Notes: generated by a model from the sequence alone, not told the origin. Shown: positions 22,681 through 32,853, counted from the whole stretch's first letter. The stretch is 63,408 nucleotides of DNA, filler included, from Nitrospinota bacterium (GCA_030620925.1; 8 parts of 8 records of this genome joined end to end with filler, not necessarily neighbours in it); one strand, 5' to 3'. Made by a program: numbers and translations.

Positions 22681-23109
22681 CTATTCCAGCTCCGGGCCCT
22701 CCACGTAAACTTTCATCAACACCTTGCCCCATCCGCCTTTTTCAAGGCCGATGTCAGAGCACTGCACGGTGTTAGAGCGCTCGTGCTTGGGATCGGCATG
22801 GTTGAGGAATCGCTCATATATCTGGTTCACCGGCGTTTGCAGGGCGGCCAGAGCAAACACGCACATCTTCTCCGGGCACTCTCTGGTGATCACCTGGCCG
22901 TTACCGTCCATGATGATCTTGTCGCCTACCCTGTGCTGGGCGTGGCAACCCTGCGATTCGATGACCTCGGCGATTATCCGGCACTTGACGAAATGGGGTG
23001 TCTCGGTCACCATCTTAACCTTGGCCGGGTCCGCTCTGAATATTTTCATTTCCTCGTCGGTGTAGTCCATGTGCTCCTGAAACCGCTTCCAGAATTTTTC
23101 CTTATCCAT
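22681..23109 (-). CDS. Hypothetical Cys-containing protein (TIGR04076-like)
   Basis: EVIESQGC...HRVGD...C...C..AL...C.D.G...GG.GKV pattern. Confidence 0.6.
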   Translation of the reverse strand: MDKEKFWKRFQEHMDYTDEEMKIFRADPAKVKMVTETPHFVKCRIIAEVIESQGCHAQHRVGDKIIMDGNGQVITRECPEKMCVFALAALQTPVNQIYERFLNHADPKHERSNTVQCSDIGLEKGGWGKVLMKVYVEGPELE

Positions 23110-23287
23110 TTTTCCCCTCTCTCCTCTTTCTTGATGGGTGATGAGCCCCGACGATACAAATCCGGGTCCAGCGCTGAATTAAATATCCGTACCTCCCTCC
23201 ATCTACTCAAGCCTATTTTTCTACCAGCAAAAGAACCTTCAAGCAAGGCCAAAATTACATTGAAGCATGTGCCTCTGCTATGTTCAC

Positions 23288-23728
23288 TTATTTCTGGTTA
23301 AAAATCGATTTAATATCGTCGTTAAAAGATATGTTGAGCAGAACCCAGCCCTCCTGATTTTCATAAAATATGAAGCTCCACAGCATGGGATAATTCTTAC
23401 TGAACGAAAGATAACGGGAAACGCAGAGTCTCTCACCCTTGCATTCAGTCTCCAGGTGTTTGTAGTCGAATATATCCCCGTAAACGGCCAATGCGTTTTT
23501 AGTCTGACTGATGAGAACTGAGAGTTCCTTGGGTTTGCCCTGGATGAGGCTCTTGGAAACTATTTTGCGGTAAGACCCTTCTACATCCCCTTCCATCAGG
23601 CTATCAAAGAAGTCCACTATTTTGTCCCGATAAGGGCCCTCCTGGGATGCTGCGGCGCCAAGGGGGAGCGGAGTTGCGGCGAGCAAAATGATAATGATGA
23701 GATACCGGTAGGCTATCAGGGCTTTCAC
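23288..23728 (-). CDS. Exported hypothetical protein
   Basis: Signal peptide, RBS GAGG upstream, coherent 146-aa ORF. Confidence 0.65.
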   Translation of the reverse strand: MKALIAYRYLIIIILLAATPLPLGAAASQEGPYRDKIVDFFDSLMEGDVEGSYRKIVSKSLIQGKPKELSVLISQTKNALAVYGDIFDYKHLETECKGERLCVSRYLSFSKNYPMLWSFIFYENQEGWVLLNISFNDDIKSIFNQK

Positions 23729-23859
23729 CGAACATCCTCACCGAAAGTAACAGAAGATAAATGAATACTTCAAGTGCACGCTTAACCCGCTGTCAAAGGA
23801 TCACCGGGAATCCTGAATGCCGATAACTCTAACACGCTGAACGTAGAGGCCATGCTTTC

Positions 23860-24972
23860 CTATATCAGCATCTCCAAAAAAGCTTGCACCCTGGTGCTTA
23901 TCTGTCCGATACCTGCGGCCGTATGCTCCCGGTCTATCTTAAGAAGCTGATAACCCGCCTCTTCCAACTTGTCTCGCACGATGGGAAAGTCATACTGGTA
24001 GGGGTCGCAAAATTTAAGGACGCTGTAAACGACCCCCTGCACCCGGTATTCCTCAGCCAGGTGTATAATATGTTCAATACGACGATCGTAATCGAACATC
24101 CTGGAGCAGGGAACGCGGCCGAGATAACGCCGCCCCAGCGCTTCGAGGGGGTCAGAGCTGCCTTCCTCCACCAGGTCCAGGAAATAGCGCGAACCGGTAC
24201 AGAGGTCATCGGCCACCACCATTCCTCCACCTTCTTCGATAACACTCACGTACTTGGGGTCGGCGCAGATGGAGCCTATTACGAGAACGCGGGGGCCTTC
24301 CTCATGGTAGGCGTCTCGCCCTTCGAGCTCCTCCAGGAGCTCCTCCAGCAACTCGTTATACTCTTCTCTGGAGAGGACGAAACCGGCCTTCACCACCTCA
24401 AGAGCTTCCGTACCAGTGATGGGCGGGTATTCCTCCACCCTCCTCGCGTATAGCTCCAGAAGGAGTTTTCTGGTCTTATTGTAGAGGGAAATGGCCTGGT
24501 TGAGGGCGTCATCGGTTATCTCGTTTCCGGTAAACTCCTCCAGGTGTTCCTTGAACGATGCCAGCTCGCGGACGAACCCCTCCATTCCTTCTTCATGGCT
24601 CTTATGAGGCACCCAAAGAATATGAGCAAATGGTGTTTTCACGAAATGGCACCAGGTATCGAAAAGGCGTCGCAGGCTGTCGCAGCTGTCGGTGGCTACC
24701 ACACCGGATAAGAGCCCCTGGCCGTTCTGAAGCCCCTCCATCAATGCCGCGCGGCAGAAGCCGCAGCTACTCATGGGAATGTAGGCATCGGCCTGTGAGA
24801 GGTCCTCCTCGGAGCTGCCGATAATCCTGTAAGGGTATAAGCCGGCCGCCAGAATCAGCTCTTCAGGAACGTAAGTACAAAGGTATCCTATCTTCTGTCT
24901 CTTGATATCGGCGAGTATTGCGCGCGCCTGTACGGGGTCGGCAAAACGTTTAAGTTTCTCCAGAGCGCTCAA
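23860..24972 (-). CDS. 2-hydroxyacyl-CoA dehydratase / benzoyl-CoA reductase subunit (HgdB/FldC/BcrC family)
   Basis: GYLCTYVPEELI.AAG, C..CR, DSCD, DDLCTGSRY, KFCDP, TRVQAFLEM. Confidence 0.9.
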   Translation of the reverse strand: MSALEKLKRFADPVQARAILADIKRQKIGYLCTYVPEELILAAGLYPYRIIGSSEEDLSQADAYIPMSSCGFCRAALMEGLQNGQGLLSGVVATDSCDSLRRLFDTWCHFVKTPFAHILWVPHKSHEEGMEGFVRELASFKEHLEEFTGNEITDDALNQAISLYNKTRKLLLELYARRVEEYPPITGTEALEVVKAGFVLSREEYNELLEELLEELEGRDAYHEEGPRVLVIGSICADPKYVSVIEEGGGMVVADDLCTGSRYFLDLVEEGSSDPLEALGRRYLGRVPCSRMFDYDRRIEHIIHLAEEYRVQGVVYSVLKFCDPYQYDFPIVRDKLEEAGYQLLKIDREHTAAGIGQISTRVQAFLEMLI

Positions 24973-25031
24973 GTTACCTCCTTTTTATCCTTTCGAATAT
25001 TTCACCAGAAGGGTGCTTTACCCGGAAACGT

Positions 25032-25185
25032 CTATTTGTCGATCATCTCCAGGAAACCTTCCACCTTGGCCTTAACCTGTGGCAGTACGAACAGGTTGGG
25101 GTCCATGCAGCAAGAGTCCAGGGTAAGGGTGGGAATACCCAGCTCCTTCACCAGGGTGTCTTTTATAACTCCATAAGCATTGGTC
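25032..25185 (-). pseudogene. 3' remnant of a 2-hydroxyacyl-CoA dehydratase partner subunit (HgdA/BcrB-like)
   Basis: KELGIPTLTLDSCCMD...QVKAKVEGFLEMI aligns with the C-terminus of the paralog at 46239 (KEVGVPTLILDGDYID...QVKTRLSAFLEML); no room upstream for the rest of the gene. Confidence 0.7.
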
Positions 25186-25527
25186 CGTACATTTTCCGAA
25201 AAAGGATATATCATGGGATGCACATTAACAAGCAATAATTGCGCTTATCCTCCAACGGCGATAACAACCCGTGAGCATGATGCGACCCGCTTCGGAATTG
25301 AAGCGAAACCGACCCCACTAAAATTTTCTTCACGGAACCGGCGGATCCAATTTTCCAGCAGCCCAAAGCCTGTTTGACGACACAAGTAGTGGATTTACAA
25401 TTCGCTTATGGCTTATAAATGTGATAATAATTTTACGAATGATTAAATTCTCACACCGCAAAAAACAGTCCCGGAAAAACTTGGTTGTAACATTTACAAG
25501 CCTTTTTACGCATTTGCATAATAGCGT

Positions 25528-26682
25528 ATGGGAGAAAGGATCATGGAATTCAGACTGACATCCGAACAACAGCAGCTCATCGACCTTGCCAGGGACTTCG
25601 CGGAAAAGGAGATGAAACCTAACGCCGACCGGTGGGACGAGGAGGGGGAATGGCCCCGCGAATGTTTCCAGAAAGCCGCGGATTTGAGCTTAACCGGAAT
25701 GCTCTGCCCCAGGGAGTACGGCGGCGCCGACATCGGGTTTCTGGGCACGGCTCTGGTTTATGAAGAGCTTGCCAAGGGATGTCTGGGGACTACCTTCAGC
25801 ATGGTGGTGCACAACAACTTCGTGCGCTCTGTCTTCTCGCGGGGCACCGAGGAGCAGAAACAGCAGTGGGGCGTTCCGGCCGTAAAGGGCGAAGTGCTGG
25901 GAGCCTTCTGCCTCACCGAGCCCGACCACGGCTCCGACGCCGGCAGCATCGAATCCACCGCCATCGCCCAGGGCGACTCCTACGTGATAAACGGCACCAA
26001 GTCTCTGGTAAGTAACGGCGGTGTGGCCGACTACTACCAGTTCCTGGCCAAGACGGACCCCGCAGCCGGCAAGCGGGGAATAAGCTCCATCATAGTGGAG
26101 CGGGATAAGGAGGGAGTTTCCTTCGGCCCCCGCGACAGGAAGATGGGCGCTAACGCTCTCATCACCTGCCAGATGACCCTGGAAAACTGCCGTATCCCCC
26201 GCAGCAACCTTCTTGGCGAAGAAGGTATGGGCCTCAGATACGCCCTGTCGGGAATAGACGTGGCGAGGGTCAACGTCGGGGCCTTATGCTGCGGTGTCTC
26301 CCAGGCGGCACTGGACGAAGCCGTGAAATACGCCAAGGAGCGGGTGCAGTTCGGTCAGCCGCTGGCCAATTTCCAGGGGCTTCAGTTTATGATGGCGGAT
26401 ATGGCCACCGAGATAGAAGCCACCCGTCTGCTGACCCATAAAGCCGCCTGGCTGCTGGACAACGACATGCCGGTCTCCGTCTCGGCCGCACACGCCAAAC
26501 GCTTCGGCGCAGATATGGCCATAAACGTCACCAACCGCGCCGTTCAAATTTTCGGCGCTTATGGCTACCTGCGCTCCTATCCCGTGGAGCGTTATCTTCG
26601 CTGGGCCAAGATGTGCGGTTTCGTCGACGGCACTACCCAGATACAGCAGGTGGTCATCGCCCGCCACCTGTTCAAAGAATAA
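25528..26682 (+). CDS. Acyl-CoA dehydrogenase
   Basis: EYGG, FCLTEPDHGSDA, INGTK, RVQFGQP, QIFGAYGY, GTTQIQ. Confidence 0.95.
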   Translation: MGERIMEFRLTSEQQQLIDLARDFAEKEMKPNADRWDEEGEWPRECFQKAADLSLTGMLCPREYGGADIGFLGTALVYEELAKGCLGTTFSMVVHNNFVRSVFSRGTEEQKQQWGVPAVKGEVLGAFCLTEPDHGSDAGSIESTAIAQGDSYVINGTKSLVSNGGVADYYQFLAKTDPAAGKRGISSIIVERDKEGVSFGPRDRKMGANALITCQMTLENCRIPRSNLLGEEGMGLRYALSGIDVARVNVGALCCGVSQAALDEAVKYAKERVQFGQPLANFQGLQFMMADMATEIEATRLLTHKAAWLLDNDMPVSVSAAHAKRFGADMAINVTNRAVQIFGAYGYLRSYPVERYLRWAKMCGFVDGTTQIQQVVIARHLFKE

Positions 26683-26815
26683 ACCGCATAATCGGATGAT
26701 CCACTGCAATTGACTGTCCGGCGGGAAATATGTTATAGGAATGGATACAACAAACACCGTGCATTTTTTTGATGATAATAGGGTAAATGCCTTGCAACTG
26801 AAAAGGCCCTGCCCC

Positions 26816-26915
26816 NNNNNNNNNNNNNNNNNNNNNNNNNNNNNNNNNNNNNNNNNNNNTTAATTAATTAANNNNNNNNNNNNNNNNNNNNNNNNNNNNN
26901 NNNNNNNNNNNNNNN
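26816..26915. other. Artificial contig linker
   Basis: N-TTAATTAATTAA-N. Confidence 0.99.
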
Positions 26916-26917
26916 AG

Positions 26918-27661
26918 GACTGCTTAGCCTTTATTGAGACCGGGGAGGTCAATTTCCTCCTCGTGTATATGATAGACCGGATCGGTAGGTTTATAGACCG
27001 CGATGATCGCCACCGTGTTATTCGCACTTTGGAGAAGGTGTCCAAGACCAGCGTCGAATCACCCCATGATGGCCTGTACCCCCACGACGATTACGACCGA
27101 ATGAGCAACCTGGAAGATGCCCTTGATGATAGCCGCCGTGATAATGTCACGCGGGAATCCGGGTAAGCGATGGGCATATGAAAGCCCGTCTAAAGGGTAA
27201 GTTCAGCGGTGGCTCAAAGCCATACGGCATTGGGCATATTGAAGAAAAAGGATACTTCCCAGTGAAGGAGGAAGTGCCCGCGCTCAAGGAGATTTTTAAC
27301 CGGATTATCGATGGCATGGGAATATTCCCCCTCCGGGATTACTTGAACGCTAACTTGGACAAGTTCCCTAAACGCGAGCGGTATTACAAAGGGAAGTTAA
27401 CAAAATGGAACGATACTGGCCTCCGCTACATTGTCAATAACGACCTCTATTTCACCGGCATCATAACACCCACCAGGGAAGGCCTCCGACCGATGGATAC
27501 CAAAATTAAATTGTTCGATGAGGAGACGGTTAAACGCGCCCGTAGGGAAATGGCCGCCCGCCATAAACAGCCCAAAAACCCCGACCAGCAGTTGGAACCC
27601 CGCTTTGGCCCTCCTTTATTACACGGTATCGTCCGATGCGACCTCTGCGGCACCAATATGG
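26918..27661 (+). pseudogene. Large serine recombinase/integrase fragment, frameshifted and truncated
   Basis: Catalytic-domain LLVYMIDRIGR, frame change near 27150, then KGKFSGGSKPYG, recombinase domain and LLHGIVRCDLCG zinc-ribbon start. Confidence 0.75.
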
Positions 27662-27829
27662 GCAAGCAACCCGGACGACGTGAGGGAAGAGGTCAAGCGG
27701 CGGATAGAAGTGCTCGGCCCCGGCGGAGGCTACGTGTGCACGTCCGTGCACAATATCCAGAAAGAAGTTCCCCCGGAAAACATCTGCGCCATGCTGGAAG
27801 CGGCCCGCGAATTCGGCGTATATAATTGA
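27662..27829 (+). pseudogene. C-terminal fragment of a uroporphyrinogen decarboxylase (URO-D/MtaA) family gene
   Basis: PDDVREEVKRRIEVLGPGGGYVCTSVHNIQKEVPPENICAMLEAAREFG. Confidence 0.75.
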
Positions 27830-27878
27830 GGGAACCTTTTAGCAAAACGGTTCCCTCTAACTCCTTCCCAAAAATTTC
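27827..27878. repeat. REP-like palindromic repeat, single copy
   Basis: TGAGGGAACC...GGTTCCCTCtaactccttcccaaaaatttc is nearly the reverse complement of 35774-35824. Confidence 0.75.
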
Positions 27879-28055
27879 GTGTTTGTCGATCCGAGTCGCC
27901 TTGAAATAGGGTTATCAAACCAGTATTTACTTTTTGTCACTCTCAGGTGCATCCTTGGGGAACCCTGCGAAACGCGGGACTATAGAAGAGTTTCCCCAGA
28001 GAATATTTTAGCAGTGGCGAACCCTGCTCAGAACAGGTTCTTGTGTTTGCCCAAT

Positions 28056-29000
28056 TCAGAAGACGAACTTGGTGCCCACGCAGTTATGCACGAAAGCTTC
28101 GGGCATCTCCTGCCTGAAGCGGAACATGGCGGTTGAGCCTGTGCAATGGGTGGGGACCACGATTTTGGGGTTTATCTTTTTTATCTCGCTGATGGTCCTG
28201 TCGATGATGGGCTCGAACAGCGGGCCTGTGAGATGAAAACCACCGATCATAGAATGCACTTATTTCTCGCCGGTCAGCTCCATGGCGTAAAGGGCGCTGT
28301 TGATTATCCCCGCATGGGCGCAGCCTGAGAGCACCACCAGCCCTTTATCTTTTACTTTTATGGCAATCGCCTGGTCGTCTTTCACGAGGGGGTCCGGCTT
28401 TACTTCTCCTCCTATTTCAGCATAGTTCGGCGGAAAACCTTTCTCAAAATCGGTCACCCTGGGTATTTCGCCGGTTACCAGCAGGGAATCACCTGCCAAT
28501 AGATAGGGCTCTCTGTTCTTGATAACCGCTGCCCCCGCCTCCTCCAGCTCCGCCTCCTTGAACTCGGGGAAAATTACCTCTTCCCTGTTGGGTATCCTTA
28601 TGCGTCTTTTGAGAAAAGCGTCGGGATGAACGATGAAGGGGATACTCTTTTCCGGCAGGCTTTCTACCAGCTTTATCATGGCCGCGTTATGGTCGGGGTG
28701 CCCGTGAGAAAGGACGATAGCTTCTACCCCGTTGAGGTCCAGCTCCAGCGATTTGAGGTTATGGAAAATGCTATCCTTGGTCATCCCAGCGTCCATGAGG
28801 ATTTTGTGCGTTTCCCCTTCCAGTGTTGTCTCTATCAGGGTCGCGAAACCGTGCTCGGCGAGCAGAGCCTCGGCTAGTTTTCCCCCTCTGCTGAGGGTGG
28901 GGCGCTGGACCTCCTCCGTACCGCTCATGAAGGAGTCTGCGTAATTGTCCACCAGGATGGTTATGACCAATTGTTCAACTTCTTTCAGGCTCACCTTCAT
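28056..29000 (-). pseudogene. MBL-fold hydrolase (MJ0301/dihydropteroate synthase-like MBL group) with an in-frame TAA at 28260-28262
   Basis: AEHGF, SHGHPDH, DDQA, SGCAHAG in the first ORF; GGFHL and PTHCTG follow in the same frame directly after the stop. Confidence 0.8.
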
Positions 29001-29461
29001 GATTTCTCCCCTTTATCATCGCGGCTGCGCAACCGGACGGTGCACAGCCCTTTGACCGGCCGCTGGCCGTCTTCGTCCTGGAGGTAGACCTCGCATTCCA
29101 CGAGGTTCTCCCCGCTCTCGGATTTTTTTTCGGTGATTACCCCGTAACAGGTGAATTCTATTCCCGTCCGGACGAAACCTCTGAAATTTACGTTAAGGTT
29201 CACCAGGGAGTCGGCGGGGAAGTATGCGGTAACGATCTGGGATAGAAGACCGAAGCTGATGTTACCGGGGATGACGGCGCGTTCCAGGCCTTCGGTTTTT
29301 GCGTAGTCGTCATCCACGAACCGTTTGTGAAACAGCCCCACCGAATCTAGGTAGGCCCGCACGTCGTCGGTTGTGAATATGCGGGTCAATGGCGGGAGCA
29401 TGTCTCCCGGGTTTACGTCTTCGAAATGGATTTCTTCAGCGGCCATACATTCACCCATCAT
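28997..29461 (-). CDS. MaoC-like hotdog-fold dehydratase subunit
   Basis: FEDVNPGD.LP, D.DYAK.EGL...IPG, C-terminal strands; tandem with a second hotdog gene. Confidence 0.75.
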   Translation of the reverse strand: MMGECMAAEEIHFEDVNPGDMLPPLTRIFTTDDVRAYLDSVGLFHKRFVDDDYAKTEGLERAVIPGNISFGLLSQIVTAYFPADSLVNLNVNFRGFVRTGIEFTCYGVITEKKSESGENLVECEVYLQDEDGQRPVKGLCTVRLRSRDDKGEKS

Positions 29462-29463
29462 TA

Positions 29464-29928
29464 TTATTCTTTTGATTCCAGCTCGTCAACGTCTCCCTGG
29501 AGCATGGTGGAGCGTATTATGGCCACCACCTCGCCGTCACTGTCGCTGTATGTCGCTTCACGAACGACGAAAACCAGCTTACCGCTGCGCCCGGTTTTCT
29601 CAAACACATCGGCTATCTTGCTCTTTACGGTGATAACGTCGCCCGGTCTCAGGGGTCTTTTCTGTTCCAGCTCCTGCCCGGCGAACAGCTCTATGCGGCC
29701 ATGTTCTATCCTTATTTCGGGATAACCCTCCGGAAGCAAAATCTGATTGAAGAAACCGGGGGGAGCGATGATGTCGTCGTAACCGAGCTGGGCGGCGGCA
29801 TTGTCGTCATAGAAGGCCGGGTTTACCTCTTTGTGCACCTTGCTGAAATTGATGATCTCTTCCTTGGTTACCTCATAGGTGCCTAATTCGTATTCTTTGC
29901 CGATGATGCTTTTATCGAATTCCACCAC
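29464..29928 (-). CDS. MaoC/FAS1-like hotdog dehydratase subunit
   Basis: NPAFYD..AA..LGY..IIAPP, RPLRPGD.I, KTGRSG.LVFV. Confidence 0.8.
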   Translation of the reverse strand: MVEFDKSIIGKEYELGTYEVTKEEIINFSKVHKEVNPAFYDDNAAAQLGYDDIIAPPGFFNQILLPEGYPEIRIEHGRIELFAGQELEQKRPLRPGDVITVKSKIADVFEKTGRSGKLVFVVREATYSDSDGEVVAIIRSTMLQGDVDELESKE

Positions 29929-29959
29929 TGTTAATCACCTCCCGCGATGCCGCCGCGCA

Positions 29960-30913
29960 TCATACGGCGGTCTGCCTTATCTGTTGGTACAAGTTTTCGG
30001 TGATCGATCTGCTCCCCTCCATTATTTCCTCGATTACCTCTTTGACGCTTTGGATTCGGTCAATTACACCTGCCACCTGCCCCACGCTTACTATGCCTTT
30101 GCAGACGTCTCCGCTGATGGGGTCAGTGGCGTGTTCTTCGGTGAATTTCTTTATTTCATCGGGGGAGGCTCCGCTTTTTTCCAGCTCCAGGAGCTGCGAA
30201 ACGGCCTCGCTTTTCAGGGCCCGCATGGGGCTTATGCCTCTTTCGATGATGGTGGTGTCTGTATCAGAAGCATCCGTTACGGCTTTTTTGTAATCCTCGC
30301 TGACGGCGCATTCTACGGTAGCCAGAAAACGCGTGCCCATCTGCACTCCTTCGGCGCCCAGCGCCATTGCGGCCAGGTAGCCCCTGGCATCACCTATCCC
30401 TCCCGCGGCCACCACCGGAATGTCCACGGCGTCGGCCACCTGGGGGATGAGGGTCATGGTGGTCACTTCATCGTAGCTGAGGTGCCCGCCCGATTCTACG
30501 CCTTCGGCTATGACCGCGTCCACTCCCGCCTGTTCCACCTTCACGGCCAGCTTTACGCTGGGGACCACGTGCAGCACGTTTATACCCGCCTCTTTCAGCC
30601 GGTCGATGAACCGGCCCGGGTCGCCGGCGGAGGTGGTTATGCACTTCAGCCCTTCTTCGATGACTATTTCAATGGCCTCCGGCGCGTTGGGCCTCCTCAG
30701 CGATATATTTACGCCGAAGGGCTTGTCCGTGAGCTTCTTGGCTTTTCTTATCTGCTCGCACAGCTCGTCTCCCGGCAGGGAGGAGGCTGCTATGAGGCCG
30801 AACCCACCGGCGTCAGAGACGGCGGCGGCTATCTCCGCCATGGTGATGAACCGCATGGGGCCCTGGATGATGGGATGTTCGGTGCCCAGCAGCCGGGTAA
30901 CTCTGTTTTCCAT
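29960..30913 (-). CDS. FabK / nitronate monooxygenase family flavoprotein
   Basis: PIIQGPM, AEGVESGGH, VAAGGIGD.RG, AEGVQMGTRF. Confidence 0.88.
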   Translation of the reverse strand: MENRVTRLLGTEHPIIQGPMRFITMAEIAAAVSDAGGFGLIAASSLPGDELCEQIRKAKKLTDKPFGVNISLRRPNAPEAIEIVIEEGLKCITTSAGDPGRFIDRLKEAGINVLHVVPSVKLAVKVEQAGVDAVIAEGVESGGHLSYDEVTTMTLIPQVADAVDIPVVAAGGIGDARGYLAAMALGAEGVQMGTRFLATVECAVSEDYKKAVTDASDTDTTIIERGISPMRALKSEAVSQLLELEKSGASPDEIKKFTEEHATDPISGDVCKGIVSVGQVAGVIDRIQSVKEVIEEIMEGSRSITENLYQQIRQTAV

Positions 30914-30972
30914 TCCGGAGGCCTTTACAAGCTTTCTTTAGAGGTGAAAGGCTAAATGATCTTCCGACGACT

Positions 30973-31557
30973 CTATTTTTTTATCGGTTTGGGGGTGGCG
31001 CCGGTGAACACATCTCGCACGGTCAAACCCGCATGTTTTCTGAGCATGGAATCGGCATGGCAATGGTCCATGGAGCGGATGATCTCGAGCTCCAGTGTCC
31101 TCACCGGAATTTCCCCCGGTGTGTTGTGATATTGGACTATGTTGGTGATTTCGGCGGGTAGCCCGGCTTTCATGCAGATGTTCGCTCCCAGCTGCGGATG
31201 GAGGAGGTATTTGCCGATCTCAGTCTTTCCTCCCTTTGCTGAGTATTCCAGCGGCTTACCCATGTCGTGCAAGACAGCCCCGGCGATAACGTAATCAAGG
31301 TTGAGCTCGACTTTTTCCTGTTCGATCAGCGCCCTGCCCAGTGCCATAGCGATTTTAGCCGTACCCCGGCAGTGATCGACGTTGGTGATAAATTCCGCCA
31401 CACCAGGAATCCAGGGCATGTCTTCTATTTTCTCCCAGTCGCTCTCTTTCAGGGATAATAGCCAGGCTCGGGCCGCTCCCTCTTTCACGGTCTCGTCCGT
31501 TATGGAATCGAGTTCAGGGAAAAGTTTTAATATATAGTCTTTGTCCATTGGTCTCAC
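30973..31557 (-). CDS. HD-domain (HDIG) metal-dependent phosphohydrolase
   Basis: DHCRG...AGAVLHDMGK..EY...HP..G...H...D. Confidence 0.8.
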   Translation of the reverse strand: MRPMDKDYILKLFPELDSITDETVKEGAARAWLLSLKESDWEKIEDMPWIPGVAEFITNVDHCRGTAKIAMALGRALIEQEKVELNLDYVIAGAVLHDMGKPLEYSAKGGKTEIGKYLLHPQLGANICMKAGLPAEITNIVQYHNTPGEIPVRTLELEIIRSMDHCHADSMLRKHAGLTVRDVFTGATPKPIKK

Positions 31558-31629
31558 TCCATCTAATCAACTGTCTACATATAACATTTTTCTTTCAGAG
31601 GCGGCAAGTTTTATAAGATTATTATCGGG

Positions 31630-32853
31630 TTACTCCGCCGGCCTTGTTGAAGAACGTTCAGGCACCGGGTGAGATGAGGCAGTGAGAACCACCACTTTTT
31701 CTTTGAGGGCTTCGATCTCGCGTTTATCGTATCCCAGCCAATCCAGGATGTCTTCGGTGTGTTCGCCCAGGAGAGGGGCCGGAGATTCCACAGAAACAGG
31801 CGTTTTCTCCATTTTGAGGGGGAACCCCAGGGTTTGCAAATCGCCGGCGACGGGGTGTGTCTGCTTGATGAGAAGCTGATTAGCCAGGATGTGCTCGTCG
31901 TTAAAGAGGTCGTCGATGGTGTTCACCGGCCCACAGGGAACACCGGCCTCCTCCAGGAGGTCGGTCCACTCCGGGCTCGTTTTCTGTTGAAGTATTTTCT
32001 GAAAAACGGGTATGAGTTGTTGAGCGTTATGGAACCTGTTGGCGTGCGAGTTGAACCTCGGATCATCGCCCAGTTCTTCGACCCCCAGGGTCCGGCACAA
32101 TTTTTTAAACAGACCTTCGTTCAGGACGGCTACGTTGATGTATCCGTCACTGGTCTGGTACGTCCTGTAAGCGGGGTGATTACCGGTGGTACCATCGAAG
32201 GCGGGTTGTGACCTGTCTTCGCCCATCACCATGCGGTGGGCCTGCATGGCCATTGCCGAGCCGAGAAGCGAGGTATCCACCCGCTGCCCCTCGCCTGTCT
32301 CCTGTCTGTTATACAGTGCGGCCAGAATGCCGACAGCGGCCATCAGGCCGGAGGGCATATCTACCACTGAAGATTTATCCCTCTGGGGCGGGTTCTCGCC
32401 GCGGTCCATGACCGAAGCATAGCCCTGGAGCACGAGCTCGTAGGCCGCTTTATCGGTGTGGGGGCCTGCGGTGCCGAAACCGGTGGTGGAAGAATAGATG
32501 AGGCGCGGGTTGATGGCAGAGAGGGTGTCGTAGCCCAACCCCAGCTTTTCCATGGTGCCCGGCCGGGAGTTTTCCATGAATACGTCAGACCGTGCGGCGA
32601 GTTTAAGGACGATATCCCTGCCTTCCGCCTTTTTGAGGTCCACCGCCATGCTCTTCTTGTTGCGGTTCATTCCCAGGAACAAGTGGCTCTCGGTCTTCTG
32701 GAACGGAGGTCCCAGGGAACGCCCGCTGTCGCCGTGAAGCGGTTCGATTTTTATCACCTGAGCGCCCATGTCCGCAAGCAGCATGGACGCGAAAGGGCCC
32801 GCCAGGACCGTGGTGAGGTCAATCACAGTTATGCCGTGCAGAGGGCCACTCAT
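31630..32853 (-). CDS. CaiB/BaiF family III CoA transferase
   Basis: GPLHGITVIDLT..LAGPF..MLLADMGA.VIKIE, NRNKKS, ENSRPG, APLLGEHT. Confidence 0.93.
   Translation of the reverse strand: MSGPLHGITVIDLTTVLAGPFASMLLADMGAQVIKIEPLHGDSGRSLGPPFQKTESHLFLGMNRNKKSMAVDLKKAEGRDIVLKLAARSDVFMENSRPGTMEKLGLGYDTLSAINPRLIYSSTTGFGTAGPHTDKAAYELVLQGYASVMDRGENPPQRDKSSVVDMPSGLMAAVGILAALYNRQETGEGQRVDTSLLGSAMAMQAHRMVMGEDRSQPAFDGTTGNHPAYRTYQTSDGYINVAVLNEGLFKKLCRTLGVEELGDDPRFNSHANRFHNAQQLIPVFQKILQQKTSPEWTDLLEEAGVPCGPVNTIDDLFNDEHILANQLLIKQTHPVAGDLQTLGFPLKMEKTPVSVESPAPLLGEHTEDILDWLGYDKREIEALKEKVVVLTASSHPVPERSSTRPAE

Noticed and set aside
23819-23826. Second GCCGATAA as a sigma-28 promoter
   Set aside because: No properly spaced -35 element, and it points against the flanking minus-strand genes.
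28260-28262. Stop-codon recoding to explain the in-frame TAA here and in proS
   Set aside because: TAA terminates many intact genes in the window (for example purQ, ilvC, frr, recA); mutation or error is simpler.
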